DNA of 64,000 bases from Tubiluchus corallicola (lineage: Eukaryota > Animalia > Priapulida). A program made the translations under genes and the position numbers. Each line of letters begins with the position of its first letter. Position 1 is the first letter of the stretch. Positions 14,001 to 27,100 of this stretch are shown one piece after another. The stretch lies in assembly GCA_030141605.1 (NCBI GenBank), contig JAQGDQ010000510.1, forward strand, positions 62,001 through 126,000. The letters run 5' to 3'. The notes beneath the pieces were generated by a model. It ran no database searches, was not told the origin of the DNA, and saw nothing but the letters and a program-made list of their open reading frames with translations.

Positions 14001-15058
14001 TTAGTTCTTTGTGTTGTTTATATCAAAGTTTGTAAACTGGTTGAAGATTTGTGTAAATAACCAGTGACAAACAATATGATTTCCTGCATAGTCTGTAAGA
14101 TTATGCACAGATTTATTATGAAAAACGGTCAGCTGCATGGAAAAACCCAATTCCGTATGTCGTAACGTCCTCACAAAAACCTAGTGCTACATAAGTCCAG
14201 ATGAGCTTCCATTCACATGGAAGAAAGTACAATTTCTGGTGATTTTCATAGAAGTACGCATTGCAGCAATTTTGGTTAACCAAGCAACCACAAAACTTTT
14301 TTTCACAGTCGAATGAGATGTTTTTGAAAATCCTTATTGGAATTACAAAATTTTCCAAATCTTAGAACTACTCCAGAGCCCAAACTCATCAGATATTTGA
14401 TTAGAGATGGTGGGTCACTTGCGACATTAAGCGTTTTACTTGTCTGAAGCTGATTGGAGCTGCTGAGCAAATATTTCCAATGAGATCCTGCAATATCACA
14501 AGCAAAAGCCATCTTTGCTCGTCTGTCATATTCTTGAAATGAAACGAAAAGTTCTTCAAGTGGCTTGGCGATAATAATGTCCACGTCTAGTACTAAAACT
14601 TGGTTGAAGTTTGGAGTGTTTCATGTAGAAATGTCCAGGCTGTCATTTCAAGCTTCCTTGTATGAAGCCAGTTCTCCCCTCTTGGATAATACGGATTGTG
14701 GAAGGACACGTCAAAGGATATCAAGTTTTTCCAGAATACAAATATTTAAAGCAGTTCTTCCTGCATGTGAATGGTTTCAGCTATGTCATGAAAATGAATA
14801 AATGAATATGTGACCATGAGAGCAAATTTTAAAAGGACTTCTAGGACTAATAATTCTAGGATTAATTTCTGCTTCATTAAACATGCGGTAATAGCAACAT
14901 GGATTGCTGTAAGCTTTTGCTGTAAACTTAATGTTTGACGTTTTGCAGAATCCACTGCCAGGTATCTTTTGGCGTCAAACGCATAAGTGGGAAGAAAAAG
15001 AACACCAAACAACAAAACAAGAATTCCTACGAATTGCAGTTTTTTGACTTAGTTGCAT
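14001..15058 (-). pseudogene. intronless, disrupted glucoside xylosyltransferase (GXYLT1/2-like, GT8)
   Basis: Stitched frames: ATG 15058, frameshift, TM LQFVGILVLLFGVLFL; IHVAITAC...VLLKFALMVTYSFIHFHDIAE (cf. GXYLT MHLAVVAC...MLKSA...LQFHIFAE); in-frame TAA 14746-14748; QVLVLDVDIIIAKPLEELFVSF (cf. LLYVDTDILFLRPVDDIW); LGSGVVL (cf. VNSGVML); NAYFYENHQKLYFLPCEWK...GIGFFHA (cf. NIMFFHNPESLFVFPCQWN...GIFILHG); stop at 14001. At least 4 frameshifts plus 1 stop. Confidence 0.8.
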
Positions 15059-17029
15059 TTTTGCACATTTTGTATGCTAACTGCCTTGCGACCAGTAGTA
15101 ATAAATAAGCTGCGTTGTAAAACTATACAGCGCATTACCAATGTGAATGAATAGACATGTTATTCCCTTCACACTTGTGATCATTTCAGGTAAAAACAGC
15201 GCCTCAATAACATGCAAGTAAATCATATAGCAGTTATTTTATAAGAATGCAGAACAAGTGACTAAACACGACTCACCAACTTTGCACGAGAACATACTGT
15301 GCAGTACAGTAATATGGAAAGCACCTGGCTTCAGGCCGTGATTGGCCGGTCAGTGTTACTTGTTGCGAAGCAACCATAATCTCACAGCAGGTAAATTTTT
15401 CAATGTTTTTGCATGGCCCTAGCAGTGAAATAAACAGACCTGGATAACTGCGCTTGGTGCTGAGCTTGGGTGGCACCCTGCCACCTTCTGTCCCTTACAA
15501 AAAAAACGCAGGCGGCAGTGTGCTGCCTTCTGTTGCGAAAGCATGATATGACTTCACAAACTGAAAATGCAAGAGCCGGTATTAAAACAGTAAGCAATGA
15601 ATATAAGGCATGAACTTTTGCAGAGAAAACCTCGTGTGAGCAATCATGGGTAACTCTACTTATGAACCTATAATTCAGAAAAAGCTGCTACTTTTAAATA
15701 AATGAACACTGGGTAGAATGTTTGCACATTGTTGATTATAAGTGTATTTCTACGCAAAATTTTTTTGGGACTTTTGCTAGTCACTTACAAATGTTTAAAC
15801 AAATGCCCTCATGAATAGAACAGTAACCAGTTTGTTATCATCTAATTACGTCTGTGGTCATACGGTAGCAGAAAAGTGATAGCGCTTAGAAGACCTATTT
15901 TGAATGGTGCGGCCATGAAGGAGTTAATATAATTAGCTAATGTATAATGGTGTATTCTATCACATGTTCTGCCAAATCATAACACGTTATTCATTAATTT
16001 TTATAATGCTGGATCTGCACTTCATTACATATATTTCTTAGATTGTGTAAGTGGCGTATGGCTCAAGCACGTTCAGAAGAATGCCCTCTTGCTTTAATTT
16101 CAACACGTTCTCAGTAAATTTTTGGTACATCCATCTCTAACTGTACAACGAGCTTGATTCTGAAAGCTAGTCTCTCACAAACAAAACAACCTTGTGCAAA
16201 TTCGTACAGTTTCCTTCACTGCACAAAACCAACTGTCTCTAAAATCATCTTGAGCTTTGTCGCTAATCCTTGTTAGAAAGTGTGCACGGATTTCTTATAT
16301 TCGTGGCCACAATTAGTACTTCATGCGCACGAGATACTAAGTTAGAGGTTTTTCTCATGGTTGACCTTCGGATGCTCCATGGAAATTCGTGTAACATTGC
16401 GAATTTAAATGTGTGGCAAATCAGTATTACACAAAACGAATTTGCTCATAATAGGTCTAGTATGCGAATAAATTAATACAATAACTTAGTTCACAGGATT
16501 CATCAAAAGTCAGTTGAACCTAATAAATAAAGGATTTACAGAGGAAAGCAGTACAAATCACCTTTGTCAGTATGTACAAAATAATACGGATATTCACACA
16601 CAGAAATTATAATTTTCGGAGAGTTTAATATTTTTTGCAAGTTTAATGCAAAAAATTCAAGTGTTACAAAACCATAAGACAGATTTCCCATGTTTGACTA
16701 CAATTAGCCATAGAAAATCTGCCATTCTTAGCTTGCTGATAAATTATAATTTTGTAACGTAATAATGTATTTGGGTATGTGAAACACCATTGTGGACTTT
16801 GTTTTAGTGTTTTGACTTTCGTGATTTGCAAAAGATCTGCGAGCAGATAGTGGAAATTCGACGAGTAACAAAAAGTTGTATTAACAGTTTTTGTTAACAA
16901 GGAAAAAAATCAATTTCAGATCGCGTTTTCCAAATACGACGTGATTTAAATGGTTCATTGCTTTCCAAATTTCGTGACCTCAATATTGTATATAGATAAA
17001 TATGTGACAAATTTTTATCTGTAACCACA

Positions 17030-20000
17030 ATGTCTTTCACCTGCTTCAAGGCATTTCCTGTAAGAAAAATAAAAAATGGATGTAGAAAACTTGTAAAAAT
17101 CGTTTTAGTTCTTTTCGTTTTTACATACCTTAGTGTTTTTACTGATCTGAGTGATCATGGTTCTAGTGATAGAAAGTTTGGTGAATTTTCAATCCATATG
17201 AAGATTGACAATAAAAAAGTATTCAACTTTGTAGCGTTAGAAAATCTAGTGCAATTTTCATGCATTTCTACAAATAAAGAAAATGGTGAAGGAAGCGGTA
17301 CAGTGGAATTACCGTCTGTGAACAAACACAGTTCAACTAAAGAACTGCATTTTGCAAAAGTAAAATTTCAAAATACTATAGTCTCAGTGGCTTACGTTAA
17401 TTCGGCTAACCAGTATGTGAAGTTTGAAAAGGTATTGAAGTTCATACCTGCCACAAAGCAGTTTCCTCGTGAAGCATTGACAATAGCTACACAATGCTCC
17501 TGGCAGCACTTACAGCATTTGCTTCAGTTAACAGAAAGACACAATGGACCTATATCAGCAGCATTGTATGTGCCTGGTGACAACTTTGACTTTGTTATAA
17601 ACTCTGTCTTGTATATTAGAAAGTGCTATCCCAAATTTATGGAACAAGTAACAATTTCTTTATTTTTTCCAGGAACTGATGTTCCGTACACTAGGGGTAT
17701 TATGTGTTACGATGGGCGCGAAATAAACTCATCATTGCCTCTATCCAGTGGACCAGACATAACTGAGTATGGTCTTTATCCGATTAACGTGGGTCGTAAT
17801 ACAGCTCGACTGGCAGTTGATACAAAATACGTCTTACTAATGGACGTTGAACTAAAGCCTTCAATGAATCTTATGGAACAATTTATACAGATGATGAGTA
17901 AGAGAAAACGCAAAGAAACTGCAAAATCTGTTTATGTTTTACCAGTTTTTGAAATTTCTGAGGATCAACAGTTACCAGAAGATAAACGTCAACTATTGAA
18001 ATTGATCAGCAAACACAAGGCACAATTATTCCATCAGGTATTTTTGGCAGTAAGACAGGAATATAACAAGTCATATAGATTTCAACACTAATTGCAAAAT
18101 CAGAGAAAAACCCCAAAGTACTTATTAAGCAAAACAGAGATAAGAAATTAATGAAAAACATACTGGGTAAAACTTACAACCAAAAGAATTAAAAACCAAT
18201 AATTGCAATATTCAAGTTCGTCTTTTTGCTAAAGTTTCGCACCTAAAAACAGTAGCAATTTTTAAAAACTATTCTGCGTTAAAAACCTGCGTTTGCTGGT
18301 TTCACTGGTATTACAAAATAATAAGATCAATATAGAAATTTAATACTAATGATACTTTTTATACATTAATACTGCGAGAGCCTCAAAATATTTTGTTAGG
18401 TATTAGATAACACCAGCTATCTTTATGATGTAAAGCAAAATGAACAGGCAACCAAGATAATTGGTAACGAAATTGTTTTAAAAATATGCAGATTATTTAC
18501 ATCAAAACAGATGTAATTAATTTGATTTTGCAAGGTAAGGTTGATAGAGACTTTACAAAACCACGCAATATACATTCACCTTTTGGCAAATTTAATCAGA
18601 TTATCAAATGGTGTGCTATTTGCAACATAAAGGCGACAAGCTTTGTTTGCTGTTGTCAAGTAATTAGATTCAGTCAGTTATTCCCGATTCCTATTAACTA
18701 AGATTTAAAATTTTTGTTAAAAGCAACATCAGCACATCAGGGCATAGACAACGAACATCTCCCCTAAACAAAACTTACATCATGATGGTTAGTGATGTTA
18801 ATTTCAAGTACTGATCCTCTAAACGATTTTCACTATGGGAAAATTTTGTACACACATTATGAAGCTTCGCCAAAGAAATTGGCTCTGATAGAAACATGAT
18901 GATCAGCATGTTGAAGCAATGATGCTGCATGTGCTTGAATGTTTGAGTTTTTTGAATATTGTTGTCACAAAAACGTAATGCCTGTTTTATATAAGATCTA
19001 CAGTAAGGAACCAAGATAAAATTGCATGCCTTTTAATCATTTAAAATAGAACTTAGCATTCTGCAATACCAATTGTTTGTAATTTTCACATTACTATAAG
19101 CTGAGTTCTCTTGGTCTATTCTCTTTATTCACTATTCTTCTTAAAAATTCGTCTGATGGTTCGAAAAATTGCCTGACAGTCGAAATCGACATGTTAATAT
19201 ATGAAAATTTTTCATATCGCAAAATTATTTACCATGTTGCTTTCCTTTCAGGAAACATGCTCGAGCTGCCATACTATCCCATATTATGAGCTATGGCAAA
19301 ATATAGAAACACCAAATCAACTAGAGACATTTTTTGTCAGTAAATGGATACCTCCACGATGGGAGCCTGTTTACATTTGTAAGTATGTTAACTGTTTGGA
19401 ATGACAGAACTTCACTCATAAACATGGTCACTGGACACGAAAACCCACTAGTTCAAGTTAGACCTTGAAAACTATCACAGAGAACGTACAGAGGTACATT
19501 TGGATGAGCAACAGCATTATTCACTCTCATATGGCAGCCAACAATTACACAGAAGTCCATCCTTAAGCTGAACTTTGATTTGGTTCACCATCACATGGTT
19601 CTGCAAGACTTCAACCAACTCAAACCTCGAAGTTTTGGCGAATCTCTGTCTTTCCCCGGTTCGTCTTCTCCGTAACTATGCCAGGTCTCAGTCTAGTACA
19701 ATAATGTACACGTTCTCCTACAGATTCTGCTATCAGTTATAATGTACAGTTGCCTCTAATTTAAGTTATGCCTTCAGACCTATGACCACGTATATTGGCT
19801 ACCAGATTTTTCCAGGTTTGTAGCGCTTAATTTTCTTGGGAAGGCTATCATCTTTAATGAAACGAAGTTTATCAACGTATTCTAACAAGCCTTCTCTTAA
19901 TGTGCAGAATAATTCAATTCCTTTGACTTTGTTTACAAGCACCTAACTACATTTTTGTTGTATCGCTCTCTTTTCCACAGGCCAATTAATTTATTTACCT

Positions 20001-21743
20001 CTTTGGCTTCCTTTTAAATACATAATTAGGAATTAAAAATTAGGTGCTGTTATATTCAGTGCAATAGCAGCATTTATGAGTGCTTGAATTGGATAAACTT
20101 AATTGGAAAAACACGCCCTTTCAGGCACTCTAACTTAACCTTTTGAGTAGCTTGGTCTGCCGTACACTTGCATGATCGTGCACACTAATTTACTGATCAC
20201 CTGCTAGGTTACAGCCAAGCTGTGCAGTGCTCTGCTGCTATTCCAGGAAAAACCAAACGATCAGCCAAGGTAATATTAAGGTCGTTTAAAAAAATCTCTC
20301 CTTAAAAGTAGGGTAGACTTGAGGCTAAAGTGTATCAGAGTGTTTAGTCTGTACATTTTTACAGGGCAAGCACTAAAGTTACTGAAAGCTTTTTTCAATG
20401 TTTTCGTCAAAATGTGGTATCCATTGTATAAGCAGTAGAAAACTACAAATAAATATCAAATGTAATCGTTGCTTAGTGAGAGCAGTTTCTCATGAACTCA
20501 TGCAAAATGCACCAAAAGCTTACAGTCCCGAAGGAGTTAAAGTTTTTAATAAAAGTTGTTTCTTTTTTGCAATATCTCATAAGATATTTACGAAGAGCCA
20601 CTTACAACGTTGTTCTTCACAAGTTTGTTCACATGTTATGCTTGCGATACGTCATCTTATGCAATATGTGCAGAAAATAATAAAAACTATTTTGAAGTAC
20701 ATTTGCGTCACTTTGCAGCTATTTTGGGAACACAGTTATGAGTCAGCAAATTACATTGTAAATGTTACAGGGAATGTCATCAAAATGACGCGATTTAGGG
20801 CTGATTACCTGGGAAATGATCTGATGTAGTAACTGCTGGTTTCGCACGTACATATCTACGTCACCACCAGATTAACTTGCATTTCTGCAACCATTTTGTA
20901 GTAATAATTTGTTGGAGGGCTGTTCAAAATGCTTTTGTCTAGTTCGGTCTCAGATATCACAGACACATCTACTGAATTCTGGTAAAACATTTCAAATGGT
21001 TTTACGAGTTTATTTTCAGGCTATTAATGTTTGGATGACACATAATGAGATGATCCTCCGGAAGTGCATGTCGATTTTGTAAAAGCTCAACGTGCAGCTG
21101 TCGTTGAATTAATGCTTTCCCGTAATGTATATTGATGTCATACAATCATTAGGCCTGGGTGACAATAATCAAATTCTTGTCGGTAGTCCTGTTGGAGTTA
21201 GAGTTACAATTCCATGCAACATGAATGACAGATACCACAGTCCCTATATGTGACTCTTTATAAAATATGCATTTTGGGATATTTGTTATTACCTGGAGTA
21301 AATACCTTACACAATTGCGTGTAGAAACGTTTCCATTTTTATTGAAAATTTTTGACACTATTCACATTTTTGAAGGTGACAACAATGTACCTATGTATGA
21401 TGAAAGATTTCGAGGATTTGGATTCAATAAAATGCAACAACTATTTGAGATGTGCCTGGAAGATTACAACTTTCACATTCTTGACAATGCGTTTCTAATG
21501 CACATTCAAATGCCACAGAAGAATCACAGTTATAACCAAGAACACGTAAGCAGGCAATTGAAGAAAACTTTCATAGCAGGAGCTTTGTCAAAATATGCAC
21601 ACAAACCTGAACTACAAAATTTTTGTTCAATAATCAGAAACTCAAAAACGAACTTGTTAGTGTTTGGTCGCTTTGGTGTAAAATATGAGACGTTAGCTCT
21701 AAAACATGCAAAAAGCTATGTGCCAGCTTTTATGTCATTATAA
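17030..21743 (+). CDS. B4GAT1: beta-1,4-glucuronyltransferase 1-like (GT49), 3 exons: 17030-18037, 19252-19378, 21376-21743; ~500 aa
   Basis: N-terminal TM (KIVLVLFVFTYLSVF); LTIATQCS, HNGPISAALY, YPINVGRNTAR, LLMDVE, VYVLPVFEI. GT/AG junctions with matching phases give WEPVYICDNNVPMYDERFRGFGFNKMQQLFEMCLEDYNFHILDNAFLMH, which parallels B4GAT1 WEPFYV...VPTFDERFRQYGFNRISQ. AATAAA at ~21770. Confidence 0.9.
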
Positions 21744-22504
21744 TATAATCTTTCAAATACACTATCAATAATAAAAGTTTTATTGTCTATGATGTGATAT
21801 AACTACATGAATGCAATCATATTTTTTCTTTTGTGGAATCATCTGTGAAATGGTTTAGTGGGGGAATGTTTTATATTTACGTGTAATACCAATAAATAAA
21901 AGCTCGTGCTCGTTTACAATTTCATGCAGGACTCAGATCTTTTTCTAAGTGGTAATGTCCCGCATAGATAAATCCGTGTTTGCACTGTAAATTTGGTTGT
22001 TTTTACACAATCTGCTTCAATTCTTAAAAAAATCTGGATCGTTTCTTCCTATACTTCACTGTGGTGCAAAACTTGAAAAACATGACCATTAAATCGAAAC
22101 ATTATAGTTATCTTTTTTATCTTATCGCGGAATTCTACTTTTCCCAAACGGTTTTTTCTGTTAGATACTAAGTCTTGGCAATTGCTACTTGATTGGGTTA
22201 CAAAATTACAATATTATAATGACCTACATATATACACTTTGTGCTGTATCGTAGCTCACTGAAGCTGGAGATCATGTTGTGTTATGTTAGCTTTATAGAT
22301 GGAGAATCTCATCTGTCTCACATCTATATTAAATTATCTACTATCACTTTTTGCAAGAAATATTTGTTCAGTTACACTAATTTTTATTAAGATATATTGC
22401 ATTTATGAATTTATTGCAAACTTTCTAAATTTATTCATTATAACAAGTGTGTATGCGGCAGTCACAAAACACCAATTAAAATCTATAGAAATCCTGAAAA
22501 CTGG

Positions 22505-22700
22505 TTATTGCTAAAACAAGCTAACAGAAGAGACGCGCCCCATTGGACGCCCTAAGCTAAGATAAAAGGTTACCTGTAAAAGCACTTTGAAATGTGGTGA
22601 AGTTCTGGATGAATGCAAAGAATCGTAGAAGATCGACCATCGTGGAGAACAACAATATGGAAAAGGTGTAGTAAATTCAATGAGAAAAGAAGCAATGCAT
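22505..22700 (+). mobile_element. RTE-type LINE 3' remnant
   Basis: RPIGRPKLR*K...QRIVEDRPSWRTTIWK matches the RTE C-terminal R..GRP.LRWKD...A.DR..WR pattern. Confidence 0.6.
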
Positions 22701-22785
22701 ATGAGAAAAGAAAAGAAAAAAAGAAAAGAAAAGAAAAGAAACGAAAAGAAAAGAAACGAAAAGAAAAGAAAAGAGGAAGAAGAAG
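22701..22785. repeat. (GAAAA)n microsatellite
   Basis: Directly visible. Confidence 0.9.
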
Positions 22786-24523
22786 GCAGCACCTAAGGAC
22801 AATTAGTCAATTGGTGATTTTTTTTCACAGTTAATGAACTCTATTATTCACTACTGTATATATTATTTTTAAATTGTGTTTATGTTTTGATCTGTTTTTC
22901 ATCGAATGTGTTCTGCCCGTTTCGAGCTAAGGCGTCGTATATACAAAGATTTTCAAATTTCGTGATGCTCTTACATGGAACATGCCATCTGTTGTTTGGT
23001 TACATCCTACTTGTGGTGTAGGCATTACTATTTACTGTTAGCCTCTGCCCAATCTGGCTACTATGAAACTTCTGTACTGTTTTAAATAAGATAATAAGTT
23101 TATTTTGACTAAATTTGCGCTGTTTTGGTGTTTCCTTTTAGTGATTTCACATACAAGCCCTCCACCTGGCACTGGCTTGTTTAGGATCTAGCACGATTTG
23201 CACTGGAGGGGATAAAACTCTTAGCAGTGCTTTTCACTGTTGGCGCAGGTTTAACTGCCAATCGTCAAACTTTTTTTAAATTTACTTCTGCAAACATGTT
23301 GCAAGAATAAAAGTGCGTATTGATAGAATCTATTGCGAAAACTAGATCCATAGACATCACATGGCACGTGTGACATACAAACGAAAAAGCACCATTTGAA
23401 TGCAATATCAACTGTAAGCCTTGAAACAATGTTGCTTACACAAGAATATTACGATGACAAAGTATTTAATTATTGTGGAAAATGCAGTCTGCTAAAATAT
23501 TTTCGCAAAGTTTGCAGTATTTACTTTTATTGAGCATTACTTCAGTGACATCCCACTAAAAGGATGCACCACACGTAGGAAACGTAAGCAGCTCGTAGTG
23601 AGTAGCACACCGACTGCAGAACCAAAGTAGATAAGTAAATAAGTAACCATATCTATTGGCTCACAATTCTTAGAAAGACCTACTGCAGCTACACGCATAT
23701 GCTAACAAACAAAATGTTACTAACATACAATGCGCTTAATTACAAAATAACCTCTGATTCGTAGACATTCATTAGGCAAAGAGCAACTGTCGTTTTTTCT
23801 GGACAACATTCTGGAGTCAAAGAAGCAAACGCTGCAAACGATAAGCAAACTAGCAACTAATTATCAGCAGCAAACCAAATATGTACATTAGATTTGTCAT
23901 TGAAAGATGAAACATTTAACATGCGATAAATGGGTATTAGATCCTCTCAGAAGAATGCACGAATTATAGATTATTTGCTGGTGATGGAACGTGAGTAAAG
24001 TGAGTAAAGTTTTTAATGCTTGCATATCTCATGTATCGTAAAGTGATTTAGTAAAACGTTTAAGCCCCAGGTCAATTTTTATTTACCAAAAAAAGTTTAT
24101 TACCGCTGTGCACAAATTATATTTAAGTGTACGCTTTAATTTTAAGCTTGGTGATATGGCTGCAAGTACCTACAACATCTAACCAATAAAAACGAAAAGT
24201 TACTTCACGTGCTCATTGTTTTTGACTGATGACATGAAATCTTACAGGGAAGCACGATATGCTATTAAGAGTTTTGTGCAACTTTAACTGAATAAACGAA
24301 TCAAATTGAATTTGACCTTCGGTGGCAAAAGCCACAATCATTATCTTTTCAATAATCTCACAATGCAGTACGATATTTCTCATCAGAGAGCGCACCATTT
24401 GCGAAAAACTTAAAGTGTGCGATTTAGAAAACATATGCCGACAAGCAAAAGCCAATTTTAGAGCTTGCGAAGGGATGGAGTTTATTTATCTTCTACAATG
24501 ACTAATTGCTTAGTTAAATAGTA

Positions 24524-25555
24524 ATGCGCAGAAAGACATCAGTTTGCAAAAAGCAGCAAAGTTTTGTCATATTTGCCTGCTTTTGTATGTTTGTCTTGTT
24601 CCATTATGGAATTGCGCATTTGAGATCGACTAAGCATAAGAAGTGGAAGAAAGAAAATGAATTGTTTAAGTTGGAAATCGTTGTATTGACTTACAATAGA
24701 CCAGTGTCATTGCTGAGGCTTCTAAACTCACTTAATTCAAGTCACTACAGTGAGGATGAGGTTGGGTTAAAGATTTGTGTAGACAGAAGTGCAAATGACA
24801 GTTCAATATCAGCTATTACGCTTAACGTCATTAACTCATTTATATGGATTTATGGTGGAAAGGAAGTTGTTGTCCACCCTGTACACTATGGACCATACTT
24901 GCAATGGTATGACTGCTGGAAACCGTCTGGAAGGAAAGGAGAATTTGGGCTGATTTTGGAAGACGATCTGGAAGTTTCCCCTCACTATTATACATGGCTT
25001 AAAGCTGCATTATTACAGTATCATAAAAAATCTGATATTGGAGGCATAACTCTGCAAAGAGGAACCTTGATTTCAACAACAGGAAAACATAGAAATCCTC
25101 TGTGTGAAGATTGTTATAAAGCAGACGTGTTTCTATATCGTCAGATAGGCACTTGGGGATTTGCACCAATTCCAGAAATATGGCATCAGTTTCGCATTTG
25201 GGTGTTTGCTGTAATGAAAAATGAAAGTTTTATTCCGATAATTCCTAGACAAAGATTAATCACAAATGCCTGGATACGGAAACGTCATTTAAAGATGGGG
25301 TCGATGCCTTCATCCTATATCATGTATTATTTTGCAGTAAATAACTTGTATACACTGTACGCTAATTTACCTGATAACAAAACATTAGCTTGTAACAGAA
25401 GAGAAGTGGGAATGAATTATCAAAGAGGCGCTAAAGAAGTTATAGGGAAATGTGATTTCGAACCGCTATTAATGTGGAATGTCTCCTTTGCAAATTTACC
25501 AGAAAAACCAATAAGGCTTGATTGGGCTGCGGTAAGAACGCCTACAATCTTTTAA
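24524..25555 (+). CDS. intronless type II membrane GT-A fold glycosyltransferase (uncharacterised family resembling Arabidopsis At5g12260/At5g60700), 343 aa
   Basis: Basic N-terminus, TM (FVIFACFCMFVLFHYGI), IVVLTYNRPVSLLRLLNSL, ICVD, FIWIYGGK, LQWYDCW, LILEDDLEVSPHYY, TWGF. The stop codon overlaps AATAAA (25554-25559). Confidence 0.85.
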   Translation: MRRKTSVCKKQQSFVIFACFCMFVLFHYGIAHLRSTKHKKWKKENELFKLEIVVLTYNRPVSLLRLLNSLNSSHYSEDEVGLKICVDRSANDSSISAITLNVINSFIWIYGGKEVVVHPVHYGPYLQWYDCWKPSGRKGEFGLILEDDLEVSPHYYTWLKAALLQYHKKSDIGGITLQRGTLISTTGKHRNPLCEDCYKADVFLYRQIGTWGFAPIPEIWHQFRIWVFAVMKNESFIPIIPRQRLITNAWIRKRHLKMGSMPSSYIMYYFAVNNLYTLYANLPDNKTLACNRREVGMNYQRGAKEVIGKCDFEPLLMWNVSFANLPEKPIRLDWAAVRTPTIF

Positions 25556-25949
25556 TAAAATGACTACATAACGCTAATATTTTAGTCAGATGAAATTAAT
25601 AACAAACGCAGATTTATTCATACATTACAAGTAGTATAATTACATAGTGTCCCACTTAGTAGCAAAGCCTCTTATAGTTACTAGAATGAGAGCATTTATA
25701 CAATATAGGAATTTTGCACGCTATTAATTTTACTTACATTGAATGTACATAGAAATTAAGAAAGTATAAGTTTTGAATAATGTAAACGTAGTCTACAGAA
25801 GTAAAAGCTGTTTTCAACAACCCGTTTCTATCGTCATTGAGGAAAACGTTGAATATCCCAAGTTATATACACATCAATCATACCATGCTCTTTTTTCTGT
25901 AAGCATATAAATAATATTAGAGTGCCATATTTACTGTAATTCATGGAGT

Positions 25950-27100
25950 AAGCAAACGTTTGCACGTAAAGCAAGACTTTACCCGGAATTAGAAGTAAGA
26001 CAACGAACGAAACACAGCTAAGAATACTGTATTTCCAAAAGACGAGAAATATTTGCAATTAATAAACGAAGTGATTGATTCAAAATTCAGGTTGAAAAGC
26101 AACCTCGTGACTACTGGATATGGAATTTTTTTCGCATATTTCTACCTGCCAAAAAAGTGAACACACTTCGTGAAACAAACACGCTATTGGACATGCAGGA
26201 CGAGATCGTACGATGAAGGATCTCTCAAGTAGATACAACTAAATCATTCCCCAAAATGTTGAATTATTCATTATGCTATTCTGCATTATTCATTCATTTA
26301 TTCATTCAGTGTGAACCGTGTCAACAGAAGCAAAAAGGTTACAAGAAACGAGTTGCTGTCAAGCCTTTGCTTTGCTCTGAACTCAATTCTAGTTGTCAAG
26401 TTTACTTGATCGATTATCAAACACGTCCAGATGGAGATTATAAATTTATTCTTGTCTATCAAGATCATCTAACAAAGTTCGTGAGGCCTTTCAAAACAAA
26501 AAGAGCAGAAAAAGTAGCTTACAGTTTGCTTGACATTTTTATGCTTATCGGAGCACCAGCTATTTTACCATTTGACAACGGAGGAGAATTTGCTACCAGA
26601 AAATGTAGAAGCCTGAAGGATTTTTGCATTCAACTGCAAATTGTGCATGGAAAGCTGTCTTACGGTCAAAATCAAGGACGTATCGAAAGATTAAATCAAG
26701 ACGTGGATACAAATCAAGATACAAAACACACTCAGTGGAACGATGGGTTGCGGTTTATCCACTTTATTAAGGACAGAACTTACCATTTTGGTCTTAAGTG
26801 GTCTCCATACGATGCATTATTTGGTTTTTAACAAAGAAAGTTTTACAGAACATTGAAAATCAGGGTACGTTAGACAAATAGGTCAATAGAAGAATATTTA
26901 AAGCTGATCAGTAAGCTAAAACTGTTGACCGAGAATATCGGGACAGTGTAAACAAACCAAAATGCAGTCACGGAAGACCAGAATGTAGACCAGGAAGCAA
27001 AGAATGCAAATCAGGAGGCTGTAGAGGAAGATCGCGAAGTTGAAAATCTTAGCAGGACACTGAGAACGTATATACTGTTTTGCAAAAATAAAGAGCAATA
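25950..27100 (+). mobile_element. degenerate KRBA2/SCAND3-like (Ginger-related) DDE integrase transposon
   Basis: EKYLQLINEV, IGHAGRDRTMK, CEPCQQKQ, CQVYLIDYQ, YKFILVYQDHLTKF, GAPAILPFDNGGEF, IVHGK...QGRIERLNQDV, SPYDALFG; frameshifts and stops present. Confidence 0.85.

Noticed and set aside
18038-18091. B4GAT1-like as a single-exon 353-aa gene
   Set aside because: The GT49 domain is incomplete; the donor at 18038 and two downstream exons complete it.
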